Positions 52,456 to 62,566 of a DNA stretch of 64,000 nucleotides are shown in pieces. Both the position numbers and the translations under genes were made by a program. Every line of letters begins with the position of its first letter. The first letter of the stretch is position 1. The notes below the pieces were generated by a model. It saw only the letters and a program-made list of their open reading frames with translations. It ran no database searches and had not been told where the DNA came from. Source of the DNA: a virus (taxonomy: Duplodnaviria; Caudoviricetes). The stretch is taken from the IMG/VR virus record IMGVR_UViG_3300044695_004869; one strand, written 5' to 3'.

Positions 52456-53071
52456 TTTTTTTGATAAAACATTTTGCATTAATTTAGAAAGAAGATCTGA
52501 TAGATGGGAAGAATGTCTTATAGAGTTTAATAAATACGGATTAACAAATATTAATCAATTTAATGCTGTTGACGGTAAAGAATTACCACAGGTCATATCA
52601 GGGTTTGTTACACCATCAAGATTGGCATTAGTTTTAACTAATATGAAAATACTAGAAGAAGCGTTAGAAAATAATTATAAATCAATATTAATTTTAGAAG
52701 ATGATGTTGAATTTAACCATCAAGTTATTGATATGGAAGATTATTTTAAAATGTTACCCGATGATTGGGATATGTTATATTTTGGGGGCAACCATAATAC
52801 TCACATGAATGTAAAACCCCCAATTATAGTTAATGAAAAAGTTTGTAAATTACATAAAACATATAGTACTCATTGTGTTGCAATTAATGGTAAATCAATT
52901 AGTAAAGTGTATGATAGAATAAAAAAACGTGATAATGCTCTTGATGTTATTTATGTTGAGTTACAAAATACGTTAAACGTCTATTCATTTTATCCTATGA
53001 TTGCAACTCAGAGAGTTAGTTTTAGTGATATTGAAAATAGAGTAACTGATTATAAATGGTTAATAAAATAA
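52442..53071 (+). CDS. GT25-family glycosyltransferase
   Basis: FCINLERRSDRW, FNAVDG, ILILEDDV, WDMLYFG. Confidence 0.85.
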   Translation: MKITDFFDKTFCINLERRSDRWEECLIEFNKYGLTNINQFNAVDGKELPQVISGFVTPSRLALVLTNMKILEEALENNYKSILILEDDVEFNHQVIDMEDYFKMLPDDWDMLYFGGNHNTHMNVKPPIIVNEKVCKLHKTYSTHCVAINGKSISKVYDRIKKRDNALDVIYVELQNTLNVYSFYPMIATQRVSFSDIENRVTDYKWLIK

Positions 53072-53073
53072 TT

Positions 53074-53769
53074 ATGAAAGTTTCAATTTGTATACCATCA
53101 TATGATAGTGATGGCAGTAACCTACATTTATTAAGTAAAAATATACAATCTTGTATATCTCAAGATTATAATGACTATGAAATTATTGTATCAGATCATT
53201 CACCTGGTGACAATGTAAAAAATTTAATTTATAATTTTAAAAGTGATAAAATAAAATACATTAAAAACTCAAACAATATTGGATATCCCGCACACAATAC
53301 AAATAATGCAATTTTAAATTCAAGTGGGGAATTTATTAAAATAATGAATCAAGATGATTATTTTAATAATAATTCTGTTTTAAGAAATATGATGTTGTTA
53401 ACTAAAACCCATAAGTGGGTCCTTAATGGTTTTACACATTTAAAATCGGGAACTGATATTTTTTATAACCCAAAAATACCAAGAATAAATGGAAATGGAA
53501 TTCATTTATTGGACGGTATAAATACAATAGGATGTCCTAGCGTTGGATTGATTCCAAAGGGAGAGCTAATTGATGTGGATGTTACATATATGATTGATTG
53601 TGAGTTATGGTATCGGTTATTTATTAAATATGGATATCCGGGAGTTGTTAATGATCATAATATTATTATTGTTATGGGGGACCATAATTTGAGCACTAAA
53701 CTAATAAATGATAGTAAATCTATGATTTTAAAAGATAAAGATTATTGTTATAAAAAATATAAACTATGA
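53074..53769 (+). CDS. GT2-family glycosyltransferase
   Basis: VSICIPSY, IIVSDHS, NTNNAI, IMNQDD. Start probably at the ATG at 53074. Confidence 0.8.
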   Translation: MKVSICIPSYDSDGSNLHLLSKNIQSCISQDYNDYEIIVSDHSPGDNVKNLIYNFKSDKIKYIKNSNNIGYPAHNTNNAILNSSGEFIKIMNQDDYFNNNSVLRNMMLLTKTHKWVLNGFTHLKSGTDIFYNPKIPRINGNGIHLLDGINTIGCPSVGLIPKGELIDVDVTYMIDCELWYRLFIKYGYPGVVNDHNIIIVMGDHNLSTKLINDSKSMILKDKDYCYKKYKL

Positions 53770-54917
53770 AAAATTTAAATTTATTTGTACCTAAATTCAG
53801 AAATGATGAAATTATTGAACATATAACAGAATGTTTAGATAAAGGATGGACAGGTCTTGGATTCAAAACCGTTGAGATTGAATCCAAATGGAAAGAATAT
53901 ACTGAACTACCTCACGCCCATTTTATAAACTCAAACACATCTGGGCTTCACTTGGCAATTAAAATACTTAAAGATTCAAATAAATGGAATGATGGTGATG
54001 AAATCATCACAACACCTATGACATTTGTTTCCACAAATCACGCAATAAATTATGAAAATCTAAATCCTATTTTTGCGGATGTTGATGATAACTTATGTTT
54101 AGATCCAAAATCGGTTGAAAGTTTAATAACTAAGAAAACAAAGGCGGTTATTTTTGTCGGTATAGGAGGTAATACCGGTCAATTAAATGAAATTATTAAT
54201 TTATGTAAAAGAAAAAAACTTAAATTAATACTTGATGGAGCTCATATGGCTGGGACATTTATGAATATAGATGGAGAAGTAAAACACGTAGGTCATAATG
54301 TTGACGTGTCAGTTTTTAGTTTCCAATCAGTAAAAAATTTACCTACGGCGGATTCAGGAATGATCTGTTTTAAAAATGAGGATTACGATACATTAGTACG
54401 AAAATTATCTTGGCTTGGTATAGATAAGGATACATATCAAAGATCTAATGATAAAGGAACATATAAATGGGAATATGATTTAGTTGATGTTGGATTTAAA
54501 TATCACGGTAATTCTATTATGGCATCAATGGCCTTAGTAGGTTTAAAATATTTAGAAGAAGATAATTCACGTAGACGAGAAATTTGTAAAATGTATGAAG
54601 AAGGATTTAAAAACACAGATATTAAATTTATTTCTACCCACAAAGATTGCATTAAACCTTCAAGACATTTATTTCAAATTGTTGTTAACAATAGAAATAA
54701 AATGATGGAACTCTTAAATGGATATGGTATTTACCCTGGAGTACATTATAGAGACAATATGTTATATAAAATGTATAAAAGTAATTACGGTTCTTGCCCA
54801 AACTCACATAAATTATCCGAACAAGTAATATCATTACCATTACATATGTTTTTAACAAATGATGATATTAAATATATTATTGAGATGGTAATATTATCAA
54901 ATAAAAATTTAAATTAA
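53766..54917 (+). CDS. DegT/DnrJ/EryC1/StrS sugar aminotransferase (perosamine-synthase-like)
   Basis: NSNTSGLHLA, LDGAH, FSFQSVKNL (catalytic Lys present), SLPLH. Confidence 0.85.
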   Translation: MKNLNLFVPKFRNDEIIEHITECLDKGWTGLGFKTVEIESKWKEYTELPHAHFINSNTSGLHLAIKILKDSNKWNDGDEIITTPMTFVSTNHAINYENLNPIFADVDDNLCLDPKSVESLITKKTKAVIFVGIGGNTGQLNEIINLCKRKKLKLILDGAHMAGTFMNIDGEVKHVGHNVDVSVFSFQSVKNLPTADSGMICFKNEDYDTLVRKLSWLGIDKDTYQRSNDKGTYKWEYDLVDVGFKYHGNSIMASMALVGLKYLEEDNSRRREICKMYEEGFKNTDIKFISTHKDCIKPSRHLFQIVVNNRNKMMELLNGYGIYPGVHYRDNMLYKMYKSNYGSCPNSHKLSEQVISLPLHMFLTNDDIKYIIEMVILSNKNLN

Positions 54918-54918
54918 T

Positions 54919-55560
54919 ATGGAAACTTTAGTTATTTTAGGATCGGCCGGTTTAGCAAAAGAGTTTTTTTTATATATAAAAAGATCTCAACCTCAGATTA
55001 AAAATTTTATTTTTGTTAATGATCTTAATGATGGTCAAAATGAAATTGTAATATCCGGAATTTCATATCCTGTTGTTAAAGATTGGAAATTTGATTCAAA
55101 TTACTTTTTTACGGTTGCGGTGGGAAGTCCTAAAATAAAAAATCTTTTAGTTCAAAAAGCATTAGATAGTGGGTTAATTCCCGCACCAACTTTTGTTGAT
55201 ATAGACGCCAAAATATTAGATAACACTATTAAGCTGGGTGTTGGGGGAATTATCTCACCCGGATGTATTTTAACTACAAATATAAGTATCGGAAATTATA
55301 CGACATTAAATTTAAATACAACAGTAGGTCATGACACAGTTATTGGTGATTTTGTGACAACTAACCCCGGTGTTCATATTTCAGGACATTGTAATATTGG
55401 AGATATGAATGAATTTGGTACAGGATCAATAGTAAGAGATAGGTTAACAATTGGTAGTAATAAAATGTTTGGGGCTCAAAGTGCAGTTGTAAAATCTTTA
55501 TTAGATGATAACCCTGAAATTTTTGTAGGTGTCCCAATTAAACTTTTAAATAAAAAATAA
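54919..55560 (+). CDS. PglD/NeuD/PerB-type sugar N/O-acetyltransferase (hexapeptide repeat)
   Basis: VILGSAGLAKE, hexapeptide repeats with TVGHD, VGVPIK. Confidence 0.85.
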   Translation: METLVILGSAGLAKEFFLYIKRSQPQIKNFIFVNDLNDGQNEIVISGISYPVVKDWKFDSNYFFTVAVGSPKIKNLLVQKALDSGLIPAPTFVDIDAKILDNTIKLGVGGIISPGCILTTNISIGNYTTLNLNTTVGHDTVIGDFVTTNPGVHISGHCNIGDMNEFGTGSIVRDRLTIGSNKMFGAQSAVVKSLLDDNPEIFVGVPIKLLNKK

Positions 55561-56342
55561 TGGGATTTGTAAGTGTTAAACTTATGGGTGGATTGGGAAA
55601 TTATTTATTTCAAATTGCATCTTCATATTCTAAATCAATTGACGATAATTTAAATTTTATACTAGATATAAATGACATTACAATTGTACATTCAAATCCA
55701 AACAACTATAAAAATAATATTTTTAGGAAATTAAATTTCCAACCATTAAATGAATCTTATTCACATTATAAAGAACCATCTTTTAATTATAATGCCATAC
55801 CAAAATTTAATAATAACACAAAAATGGTTGGGTATTTTCAAAGTGAGAAATATTTTTTAAATAACCAAGAAAAAATACTTAACATTTTTTCTATTGATGA
55901 TTTAACCAATAATTTACTCGAAACAAAATATGGTGATATATTAAATCACAATACTTGTTCTATACACGTAAGAAGAGGTGATTATGTTAGATTAAATCAA
56001 TATCATCCACCACAATCAATTGAATATTATAAAGAATCGATTAAAATTATTGGTGAGGATTCTCATTACTTAATTTTTTCGGATGATATAAATTGGTGTA
56101 AAGAAAATTTATCATTTATAAAAAATAAAACTTTTATTGAGGGTAATGATGATTATCAGGATTTATATTTAATGTCCATGTGTAAAAACAATATTATTGC
56201 AAATTCTTCATTTTCTTGGTGGGGGGCATGGTTAAATAAAAATGAAGATAAAAAAATCATATCACCAAAATTATGGTTTGGTGAAAAAAATAAACATTTA
56301 AACAGTAATGATATATACTGTAAAAACTGGATTGTGATATGA
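55560..56342 (+). CDS. GT11 alpha-1,2-fucosyl (or colitosyl) transferase
   Basis: GGLGNYLFQ, GYFQSEKYF, HVRRGDY, IFSDD, ANSSFSWWGAWL. Confidence 0.9.
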   Translation: MGFVSVKLMGGLGNYLFQIASSYSKSIDDNLNFILDINDITIVHSNPNNYKNNIFRKLNFQPLNESYSHYKEPSFNYNAIPKFNNNTKMVGYFQSEKYFLNNQEKILNIFSIDDLTNNLLETKYGDILNHNTCSIHVRRGDYVRLNQYHPPQSIEYYKESIKIIGEDSHYLIFSDDINWCKENLSFIKNKTFIEGNDDYQDLYLMSMCKNNIIANSSFSWWGAWLNKNEDKKIISPKLWFGEKNKHLNSNDIYCKNWIVI

Positions 56343-57127
56343 AAGAAATTAAACCAACTCTAATAGGAGGTATTCCAAATAAATTAGGAGATTTAGAAAA
56401 AAAAGTTATTGTATACGTAGACCAATATGGTATTAATTTAGACCATTATAATCATAATGATTACGATTATAAAATTTATTGGCAAATTGAGGGTCAAGGA
56501 GTAATACCTAGAAGAGAAAATAATATAAGTTTCCCAATACAACATAAAAATAAATTTGATCTTATTATTGCAAGTGACCCGACAATATTAAATGAGTGTT
56601 CAAACTCAGTTGTTTTCCCATTTGGGGATTGTTGGATTCCATTAGATGATCAAAAAATACATGATAAAAATAAATTACTTTCAATTATCGCATCTTCAAA
56701 AAATGAATTGCCAGGTCATAAATTAAGACATTTAACAATAAATAATATTGGTAATAAAATGGACATTTATGGTAGATGTTGTAATTATGTGGAAAATAAG
56801 ACGGACGCTTTAAAAGATTATATGTTTTCAATATGTACAGAAAATTTACAAATTGAAAATTGGTTCACCGAAAAATTAATTGATTGCCTTAGAACGGGAA
56901 CAATTCCTATATATTGGGGATGTCCAAATATTGGAAAGTATTTTAACCTTAATGGTTTTATAATTGTTAATTCAATAGAAGAAATTATTGATGTTGTTAA
57001 CAATTTATCCGAAGATCAATATTTTTCTAACTTAAAATATGTGGAGGAAAATTTTATTAAATCCGCTCAATATGGTAGTAATTTATTTGAAAGAGTTGAT
57101 AACGAAATAAAAAAAATAGTGAAATGA
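56339..57127 (+). CDS. GT10-like (alpha-1,3/4-fucosyltransferase-like) protein
   Basis: YMFSICTEN...WFTEKLIDCLRTGTIPIYWG. Confidence 0.75.
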   Translation: MKEIKPTLIGGIPNKLGDLEKKVIVYVDQYGINLDHYNHNDYDYKIYWQIEGQGVIPRRENNISFPIQHKNKFDLIIASDPTILNECSNSVVFPFGDCWIPLDDQKIHDKNKLLSIIASSKNELPGHKLRHLTINNIGNKMDIYGRCCNYVENKTDALKDYMFSICTENLQIENWFTEKLIDCLRTGTIPIYWGCPNIGKYFNLNGFIIVNSIEEIIDVVNNLSEDQYFSNLKYVEENFIKSAQYGSNLFERVDNEIKKIVK

Positions 57128-58035
57128 ATAAAATAGTAGTAACAGGAGGATCTGGATTAGTTGGTAAATATTTAAAAAAATATCTACCTGAGGCAATTTA
57201 TTTATCATCAAAGGATTTTGATTTAACTACTGAAGTGGGAGTTAGAAATATGTACCTAAAGTATAAACCGGATGTCGTTATTCACTTGGCGGCAAAAGTT
57301 GGTGGAATTATAGATAACATTAATAAACCCGCGGAGTATTATACTGAAAATGTAATGATGAATACATTATTAGTTGATTACGCATATAAAATGGATGTAA
57401 AAAGATTTATCGGTATTTTAAGTACTTGTATTTTTCCTGATGTAATGGAGACATATCCAATGAAAGAGGAAGATTTACATTTAGGTCCGCCAACGTTAAC
57501 TAATTTTTCATACGGATATGCGAAAAGAAGTTTAGCGGTTCAAATAGATGCGTACAACAAACAGTATAATACTAAATACCAATACTTAACTCCATGTAAT
57601 TTATATGGTGTTGGGGATAAAGATCATGAATCTAATAGTCATTTCATAACGGCATTGGTAAAGAAAATATTTGACGCCAAACAAAATGGTGAAAAATCAA
57701 TAACTTTATTTGGAGATGGATCTCCATTAAGACAATTTATGTTTGCCGATGATTTCGCCAAAATAATTTATCATGTTATCTCTGATGAAATTTATGATAG
57801 TTTTAATGTTGCAGGAAATGAAAATTTAACAATTAAAGATATGGCTAATATTGCATTAAATTCATGTGATTCAGAATTTTTAGAAATTAATTGGGATTTA
57901 TCTAAACCAAATGGACAACATAGAAAAGACGTATCCATAGAAAAATTAAAATCTTTACTACCTAATTTCAATCCCTTATCATTAACGGAAGGAATAAAAA
58001 TAGTATATAATAATTATTATGATAAAATTAGTTAA
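57124..58035 (+). CDS. fcl: GDP-L-fucose synthase / GDP-colitose synthase (Fcl/ColC-like)
   Basis: VTGGSGLVG, HLAAKVGGI, STCIFP, YGYAKR, PCNLYG, SHFITAL. Confidence 0.85.
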   Translation: MNKIVVTGGSGLVGKYLKKYLPEAIYLSSKDFDLTTEVGVRNMYLKYKPDVVIHLAAKVGGIIDNINKPAEYYTENVMMNTLLVDYAYKMDVKRFIGILSTCIFPDVMETYPMKEEDLHLGPPTLTNFSYGYAKRSLAVQIDAYNKQYNTKYQYLTPCNLYGVGDKDHESNSHFITALVKKIFDAKQNGEKSITLFGDGSPLRQFMFADDFAKIIYHVISDEIYDSFNVAGNENLTIKDMANIALNSCDSEFLEINWDLSKPNGQHRKDVSIEKLKSLLPNFNPLSLTEGIKIVYNNYYDKIS

Positions 58036-59179
58036 TGACACAATAAATAAAGATGATGTAAAATCCCTATGTGAATGGTTATTACAAGATGAAATACCTC
58101 GTTTAACTAAAGGTGATTTAACATTGAATCTAGAATCAAAATGGGCCGAAAAAATTGGTACAAAATATTCTGTTTATGTTAACTCAGGGTCTTCGGCAAT
58201 ACTTTTAACTTTAGCGGCATTACAACACACCAATCGTCTAAAAAATAATAAAATTATTGTCCCTGGTTTAAGTTGGGCAACCGATGTGAGCTCACCAATG
58301 TTATTGGGTATGGAACCAATATTATGTGATTGTAATTTAGAGGATCTATCTTGTGACTTAACTCATTTAGAAAATTTATTTATTGATTACTCCCCATCAT
58401 CATTTATTTTGGTTTCACCATTAGGTTTAGTGCCCGATATGGAAAGAATAATAAATCTTTGTGAGAAGTACGATGTTATATTGTTAGAAGATGTATGTGA
58501 GAGCATGGGATCTAAATATGAAAATAAATATTTAGGGTCTTTTGGATTTGCATCATTTTTCTCTATGTATTTTGGTCATCATTTAAGTACTATTGAAGGT
58601 GGTTTTATAAACACTAACGACACAGATTTTTATCATGCATTATTGATGATGAGAAGTCACGGTTGGGATAGAGATTTACCAAAAAGAATCCAAAATAAAT
58701 TACGAAACGAAAATGGAATTAGTGAATTTGATTCACTATATACATTCTATTTACCGGGATTTAATCTAAGATCAACGGATCTACAAGCATTTATTGGGTT
58801 AAGAGCGATTGACAAGTTAGATAATTATACTGAAAAAAGAAATAAAAATTTTCGATTATATAGGTCAACTATAAATGATAACCAATTAAACATTACAGAT
58901 ACCGAGAATAATTTCATTTCAAATTTTGCATATCCAATTGTAAACAAAAATAGGGAAATCATTATAAAGAAATTAATTGATAATGATATTGAAGTTAGAC
59001 CTTTAATTGCTGGTGATATGTCTAAAAAACCTATGTGGATTAAAAATTATGGAGAAGTATCATTACCTAATTGTCAATTAATTAATGAGTATGGATTTTA
59101 CATACCTAACCATCAGGATTTAACTTCTAAAGATATAAATATTATTTGTGATATTATTAATAATGTACAGATTGTATAA
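58019..59179 (+). CDS. colD: PLP-dependent GDP-4-keto-6-deoxymannose 3-dehydratase (ColD-like)
   Basis: LLEDVCESMG, FSMYFGHHLSTIEGG (His where aminotransferases have Lys), RSHGWDRDLP, YLPGFNLR. Confidence 0.75.
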   Translation: MIKLVNDTINKDDVKSLCEWLLQDEIPRLTKGDLTLNLESKWAEKIGTKYSVYVNSGSSAILLTLAALQHTNRLKNNKIIVPGLSWATDVSSPMLLGMEPILCDCNLEDLSCDLTHLENLFIDYSPSSFILVSPLGLVPDMERIINLCEKYDVILLEDVCESMGSKYENKYLGSFGFASFFSMYFGHHLSTIEGGFINTNDTDFYHALLMMRSHGWDRDLPKRIQNKLRNENGISEFDSLYTFYLPGFNLRSTDLQAFIGLRAIDKLDNYTEKRNKNFRLYRSTINDNQLNITDTENNFISNFAYPIVNKNREIIIKKLIDNDIEVRPLIAGDMSKKPMWIKNYGEVSLPNCQLINEYGFYIPNHQDLTSKDINIICDIINNVQIV

Positions 59180-59942
59180 ACCCGCCAGATCTAAAGAGGC
59201 GTATAGAGGTTTATTTTCTTATTTAACAGAATCTGTTTTAAACATGGTAAACTTCATAAAATTAAATGGGGATGATGATATAAAATATTATCATGATTTA
59301 TTTAACATACCGGGATATGGTAATCAAAATTTATATGATATCTATTTAACACAAGATGAAAATGATTATAAAATAAATAACCATCTTTATAAAAATATAG
59401 AATCATTTGAAAATATTTTAAATATTGATTGTTATGGTTTTGAAAAATATAATCAGGATCTTAGGTTAATTAGTGAAAAAGTTATTAATAAGTTTTTTAT
59501 ACCTAATAAAACTTTAAATGAATTAATTAGTAAAAGACACCATGAAATTAATTTTAATACAACAATTGGGGTTCATAGAAGATCAACCGATATAGGTACC
59601 CACCATAATATTATAAAAATGCATGATATTTTTAATGAAATTGAATTTAATGATTTTGATAATATTTTTTTAATGTGCGATAACATATATGATACAAATA
59701 AATTTAAACAAAGATATGGAAACAAACTTATAACATATGATGAGTTTACTTCCAAAGATATGAATTTACCTTTTTTTAAAATTAATAATTCAGTTGAAGA
59801 TATAGATAACCATATTAAAGAATTACTATTCGGTGTTTTTACATTATCAAAAACAAAAAATTTTATATGTACAAAATCTAATATATCTTCTTTCTGTGTT
59901 TTGTCCAATTCTAAATTAAACTATAAATTACTTAACAAATAA
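59163..59942 (+). CDS. NodZ/FUT8-like (GT23-like) fucosyltransferase
   Basis: GLFSYL, IGVHRRSTD, IFLMCD, LSKTKNFICTKSNIS. Start probably at the ATG at 59163. Confidence 0.6.
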   Translation: MYRLYKPARSKEAYRGLFSYLTESVLNMVNFIKLNGDDDIKYYHDLFNIPGYGNQNLYDIYLTQDENDYKINNHLYKNIESFENILNIDCYGFEKYNQDLRLISEKVINKFFIPNKTLNELISKRHHEINFNTTIGVHRRSTDIGTHHNIIKMHDIFNEIEFNDFDNIFLMCDNIYDTNKFKQRYGNKLITYDEFTSKDMNLPFFKINNSVEDIDNHIKELLFGVFTLSKTKNFICTKSNISSFCVLSNSKLNYKLLNK

Positions 59943-59943
59943 A

Positions 59944-60915
59944 ATGAAAAAAGCATTAATTACCGGCATAAATGGTCAAGATGGTTCATATTTAGCCGAA
60001 TTTCTTTTAGATAAAGGTTATGAGGTTCACGGAACTTTAAAAAGAAATTCAGTGTCTGAAAATCAAACATCTAGATTAGATAATGTATTTGAAAAAATAA
60101 AATTTCACTATGCCGACCTAACCGATCTTTCATCGTTAATTAGGATTATAAGTGAAATAAACCCAGACGAAATATATAATTTAGCGGCACAATCTCACGT
60201 TAGAATATCTTTTGATCAACCAATATATACCGCAAACGTAACTGGCTTAGGAACATTAAATGTTTTAGAGGCGGTTAAATTAATTAACCCAAAAATAAAA
60301 ATTTATCAGGCATCATCTTCAGAAATGTTTGGTAATAATATTGATGAAGACGGTTACCAAAGAGAGTCAACACCAATGAGCCCTGTTTCACCTTACGGAT
60401 GTGCTAAAGTTTTTAGTTATAATATATCCCGTAATTATAGAAATTCATATGGGATGTTTATCTCTAACGGAATATTATTCAACCATGAATCACCAAGACG
60501 AGGTACAAATTTTGTTACTAACAAAGTTTGCAAAGAAGCCGTTAAAATTAAATTAGGGTTAAGTAACGAACTTAAGTTGGGTAATTTAGACGCAACAAGA
60601 GATTGGGGTCATGCTAAGGATTATGTTGAAGCAATGTGGATGATTTTACAATTAGATAAGTCGGATGATTTTGTGTGTTCTACAGGTATATCCCACTCGG
60701 TTAAAGATCTAGTTGAATACGTTTTTAATAAATTAGAATTGGATTGGACAAAATATATTAAACAAGATGAGAAATTTTATAGACCTGAAGAACTTAACGA
60801 TCTTAAAGGCGACTCAAAAAAATTAAGAGAATTCACTAATTGGTCACCAAGATATACATTTGAAACTATGTTGGACGAAATGATAGAATATTGGTTAAAT
60901 ATCTTAAATAAATAA
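59944..60915 (+). CDS. gmd: GDP-mannose 4,6-dehydratase
   Basis: ALITGINGQDGSYLAEFLL, YNLAAQSHV, YQASSSEMFG, SPYGCAK, FNHESPRRG, RDWGHAKDYV. Confidence 0.95.
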   Translation: MKKALITGINGQDGSYLAEFLLDKGYEVHGTLKRNSVSENQTSRLDNVFEKIKFHYADLTDLSSLIRIISEINPDEIYNLAAQSHVRISFDQPIYTANVTGLGTLNVLEAVKLINPKIKIYQASSSEMFGNNIDEDGYQRESTPMSPVSPYGCAKVFSYNISRNYRNSYGMFISNGILFNHESPRRGTNFVTNKVCKEAVKIKLGLSNELKLGNLDATRDWGHAKDYVEAMWMILQLDKSDDFVCSTGISHSVKDLVEYVFNKLELDWTKYIKQDEKFYRPEELNDLKGDSKKLREFTNWSPRYTFETMLDEMIEYWLNILNK

Positions 60916-60928
60916 TAAATAAAAATTA

Positions 60929-61666
60929 ATGGCAACAAGAAGAAAAACACCTCAGACAACTGAAGAAACAACAAATCCTTTGATATCAAGAAAGGACTTT
61001 ATTAATTCAGTTATTAAGAAAAAACAAAAAAACAAATTTTTATCTGATCATCAAGAAGAGTATTATAACATATTAAAAAATAATCAGATAACTGTTGCGT
61101 CAGGACCTGCGGGTGTTGGAAAAAGTTACATTGCAATGAAAGCTGCGGTTGATTTACTTATGGACCCAAATAACTCATATGAGAAGATTATCATTGTAAG
61201 ACCTGCGGTTGAGGCCGAAGAAAAGTTAGGTTCTTTACCGGGTAACCTTGAGGAAAAATTAGACCCATACATTTTTCCATCATACTATCTATTAAATAAA
61301 ATTATTGGTAAAGATGCTAGAGAAAAATTAAAAGAGGCTGAGGTTATTGAGGTATTTGCGTTAGCATTTATGAGAGGGATGAATATTGATAATTCAATAC
61401 TAGTATTTGAAGAAGCTCAGAATTCAACACCAAATCAAATGAAACTTTTGTTAACAAGAATTGGTTTCAACAGTAAATTCTTTATCTCAGGTGACCTTGA
61501 ACAAACTGATAGATATAAAGACAAAAAACAATCAGGTCTTTACGATGCAATCCAAAGATTTAAAGATGTTAGAGATATTGGAGTATATGATTTTAGAGAC
61601 GCTAAAAACGTAAGAAATCCATTAATTAGTAAAATCCTTAGTAAGTATGATGAGAATAGGGATTGA
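60929..61666 (+). CDS. phoH: PhoH-family ATPase
   Basis: GPAGVGKS, RPAVEAEEKLGSLPG, FMRG, EEAQN, GDLEQTD. Confidence 0.9.
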   Translation: MATRRKTPQTTEETTNPLISRKDFINSVIKKKQKNKFLSDHQEEYYNILKNNQITVASGPAGVGKSYIAMKAAVDLLMDPNNSYEKIIIVRPAVEAEEKLGSLPGNLEEKLDPYIFPSYYLLNKIIGKDAREKLKEAEVIEVFALAFMRGMNIDNSILVFEEAQNSTPNQMKLLLTRIGFNSKFFISGDLEQTDRYKDKKQSGLYDAIQRFKDVRDIGVYDFRDAKNVRNPLISKILSKYDENRD

Positions 61667-62300
61667 GATTAATGGGGTGTTAAGAGACACCATTGGTAAG
61701 TTCACGCAACTTTACGAAAAACATTTAATTGATGAAATTGAATCTAATAACCCAACGTATTTAATGGATCTTTCAGGTAATACTGAGGTTACACTATTAG
61801 ACGATCCATTTAAATATGAAAAATTAAGTGATGTTACATCGTTAAATTTGTTAGATCATTTTTCCTTCCCATCTAAAGATGAATTATATAGTTTTATGTA
61901 TGAAGAATATACAATGGAACTTTTTGGCCACGCACCATCTACAGAAATGATGACTTTTAATATTTTAAATGATATTTATCACAACCTAAGAGATAAATAC
62001 GATTTAATGATTGTGTCGGACGAAATAGGTAGATCAAAACCATCTTCATTATTTTTCTTATCTAAATTTGGTTGTTTACTTGAAAAAGTATTTTTTTATA
62101 GTGAAGTAACAAAAAATGATATGTGGAATGGTGTAGACATTTTACTTACCGCTAATCCTGACCTATTATTAAATAAACCTTCTAATAAGATAGTGATAAA
62201 ATACGAAACAGAATTTAATAAAAATGTTGAATCCGAACACACAATTAAATCATTATCAGAATTTGAAGATAAATTAACAAAAATTATTGAAAATGTTTAA
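61647..62300 (+). CDS. HAD/5'(3')-deoxynucleotidase-like protein with degenerate motif I
   Basis: RIGIEINGVLRD versus canonical IGIDIDGVLxD. Confidence 0.55.
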   Translation: MMRIGIEINGVLRDTIGKFTQLYEKHLIDEIESNNPTYLMDLSGNTEVTLLDDPFKYEKLSDVTSLNLLDHFSFPSKDELYSFMYEEYTMELFGHAPSTEMMTFNILNDIYHNLRDKYDLMIVSDEIGRSKPSSLFFLSKFGCLLEKVFFYSEVTKNDMWNGVDILLTANPDLLLNKPSNKIVIKYETEFNKNVESEHTIKSLSEFEDKLTKIIENV

Positions 62301-62562
62301 AGTATTTGGAGATCACTATTACCTTGATTTAGATGTAATAGAAGAGTATACTAAAATTGTCCCTGATATGACGACAACGGGAGAAACCGAAAATCATATC
62401 CATATTGTTAAGTATGAAACAATTAAATATTTAATTGAAACCATAATGACAGAAAATGAAACGATAGACGAAAAATTAGGGATGAATTCATCAGAAGCAT
62501 CTCTACCATTTAAAATTGCGTTTAATACACTATTATTCAAAAAAATAATAAATAAATTATAA
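62293..62562 (+). CDS. Hypothetical protein
   Basis: Coupled ORF, likely ATG at 62293. Confidence 0.7.
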   Translation: MFKVFGDHYYLDLDVIEEYTKIVPDMTTTGETENHIHIVKYETIKYLIETIMTENETIDEKLGMNSSEASLPFKIAFNTLLFKKIINKL

Positions 62563-62566
62563 ATAT

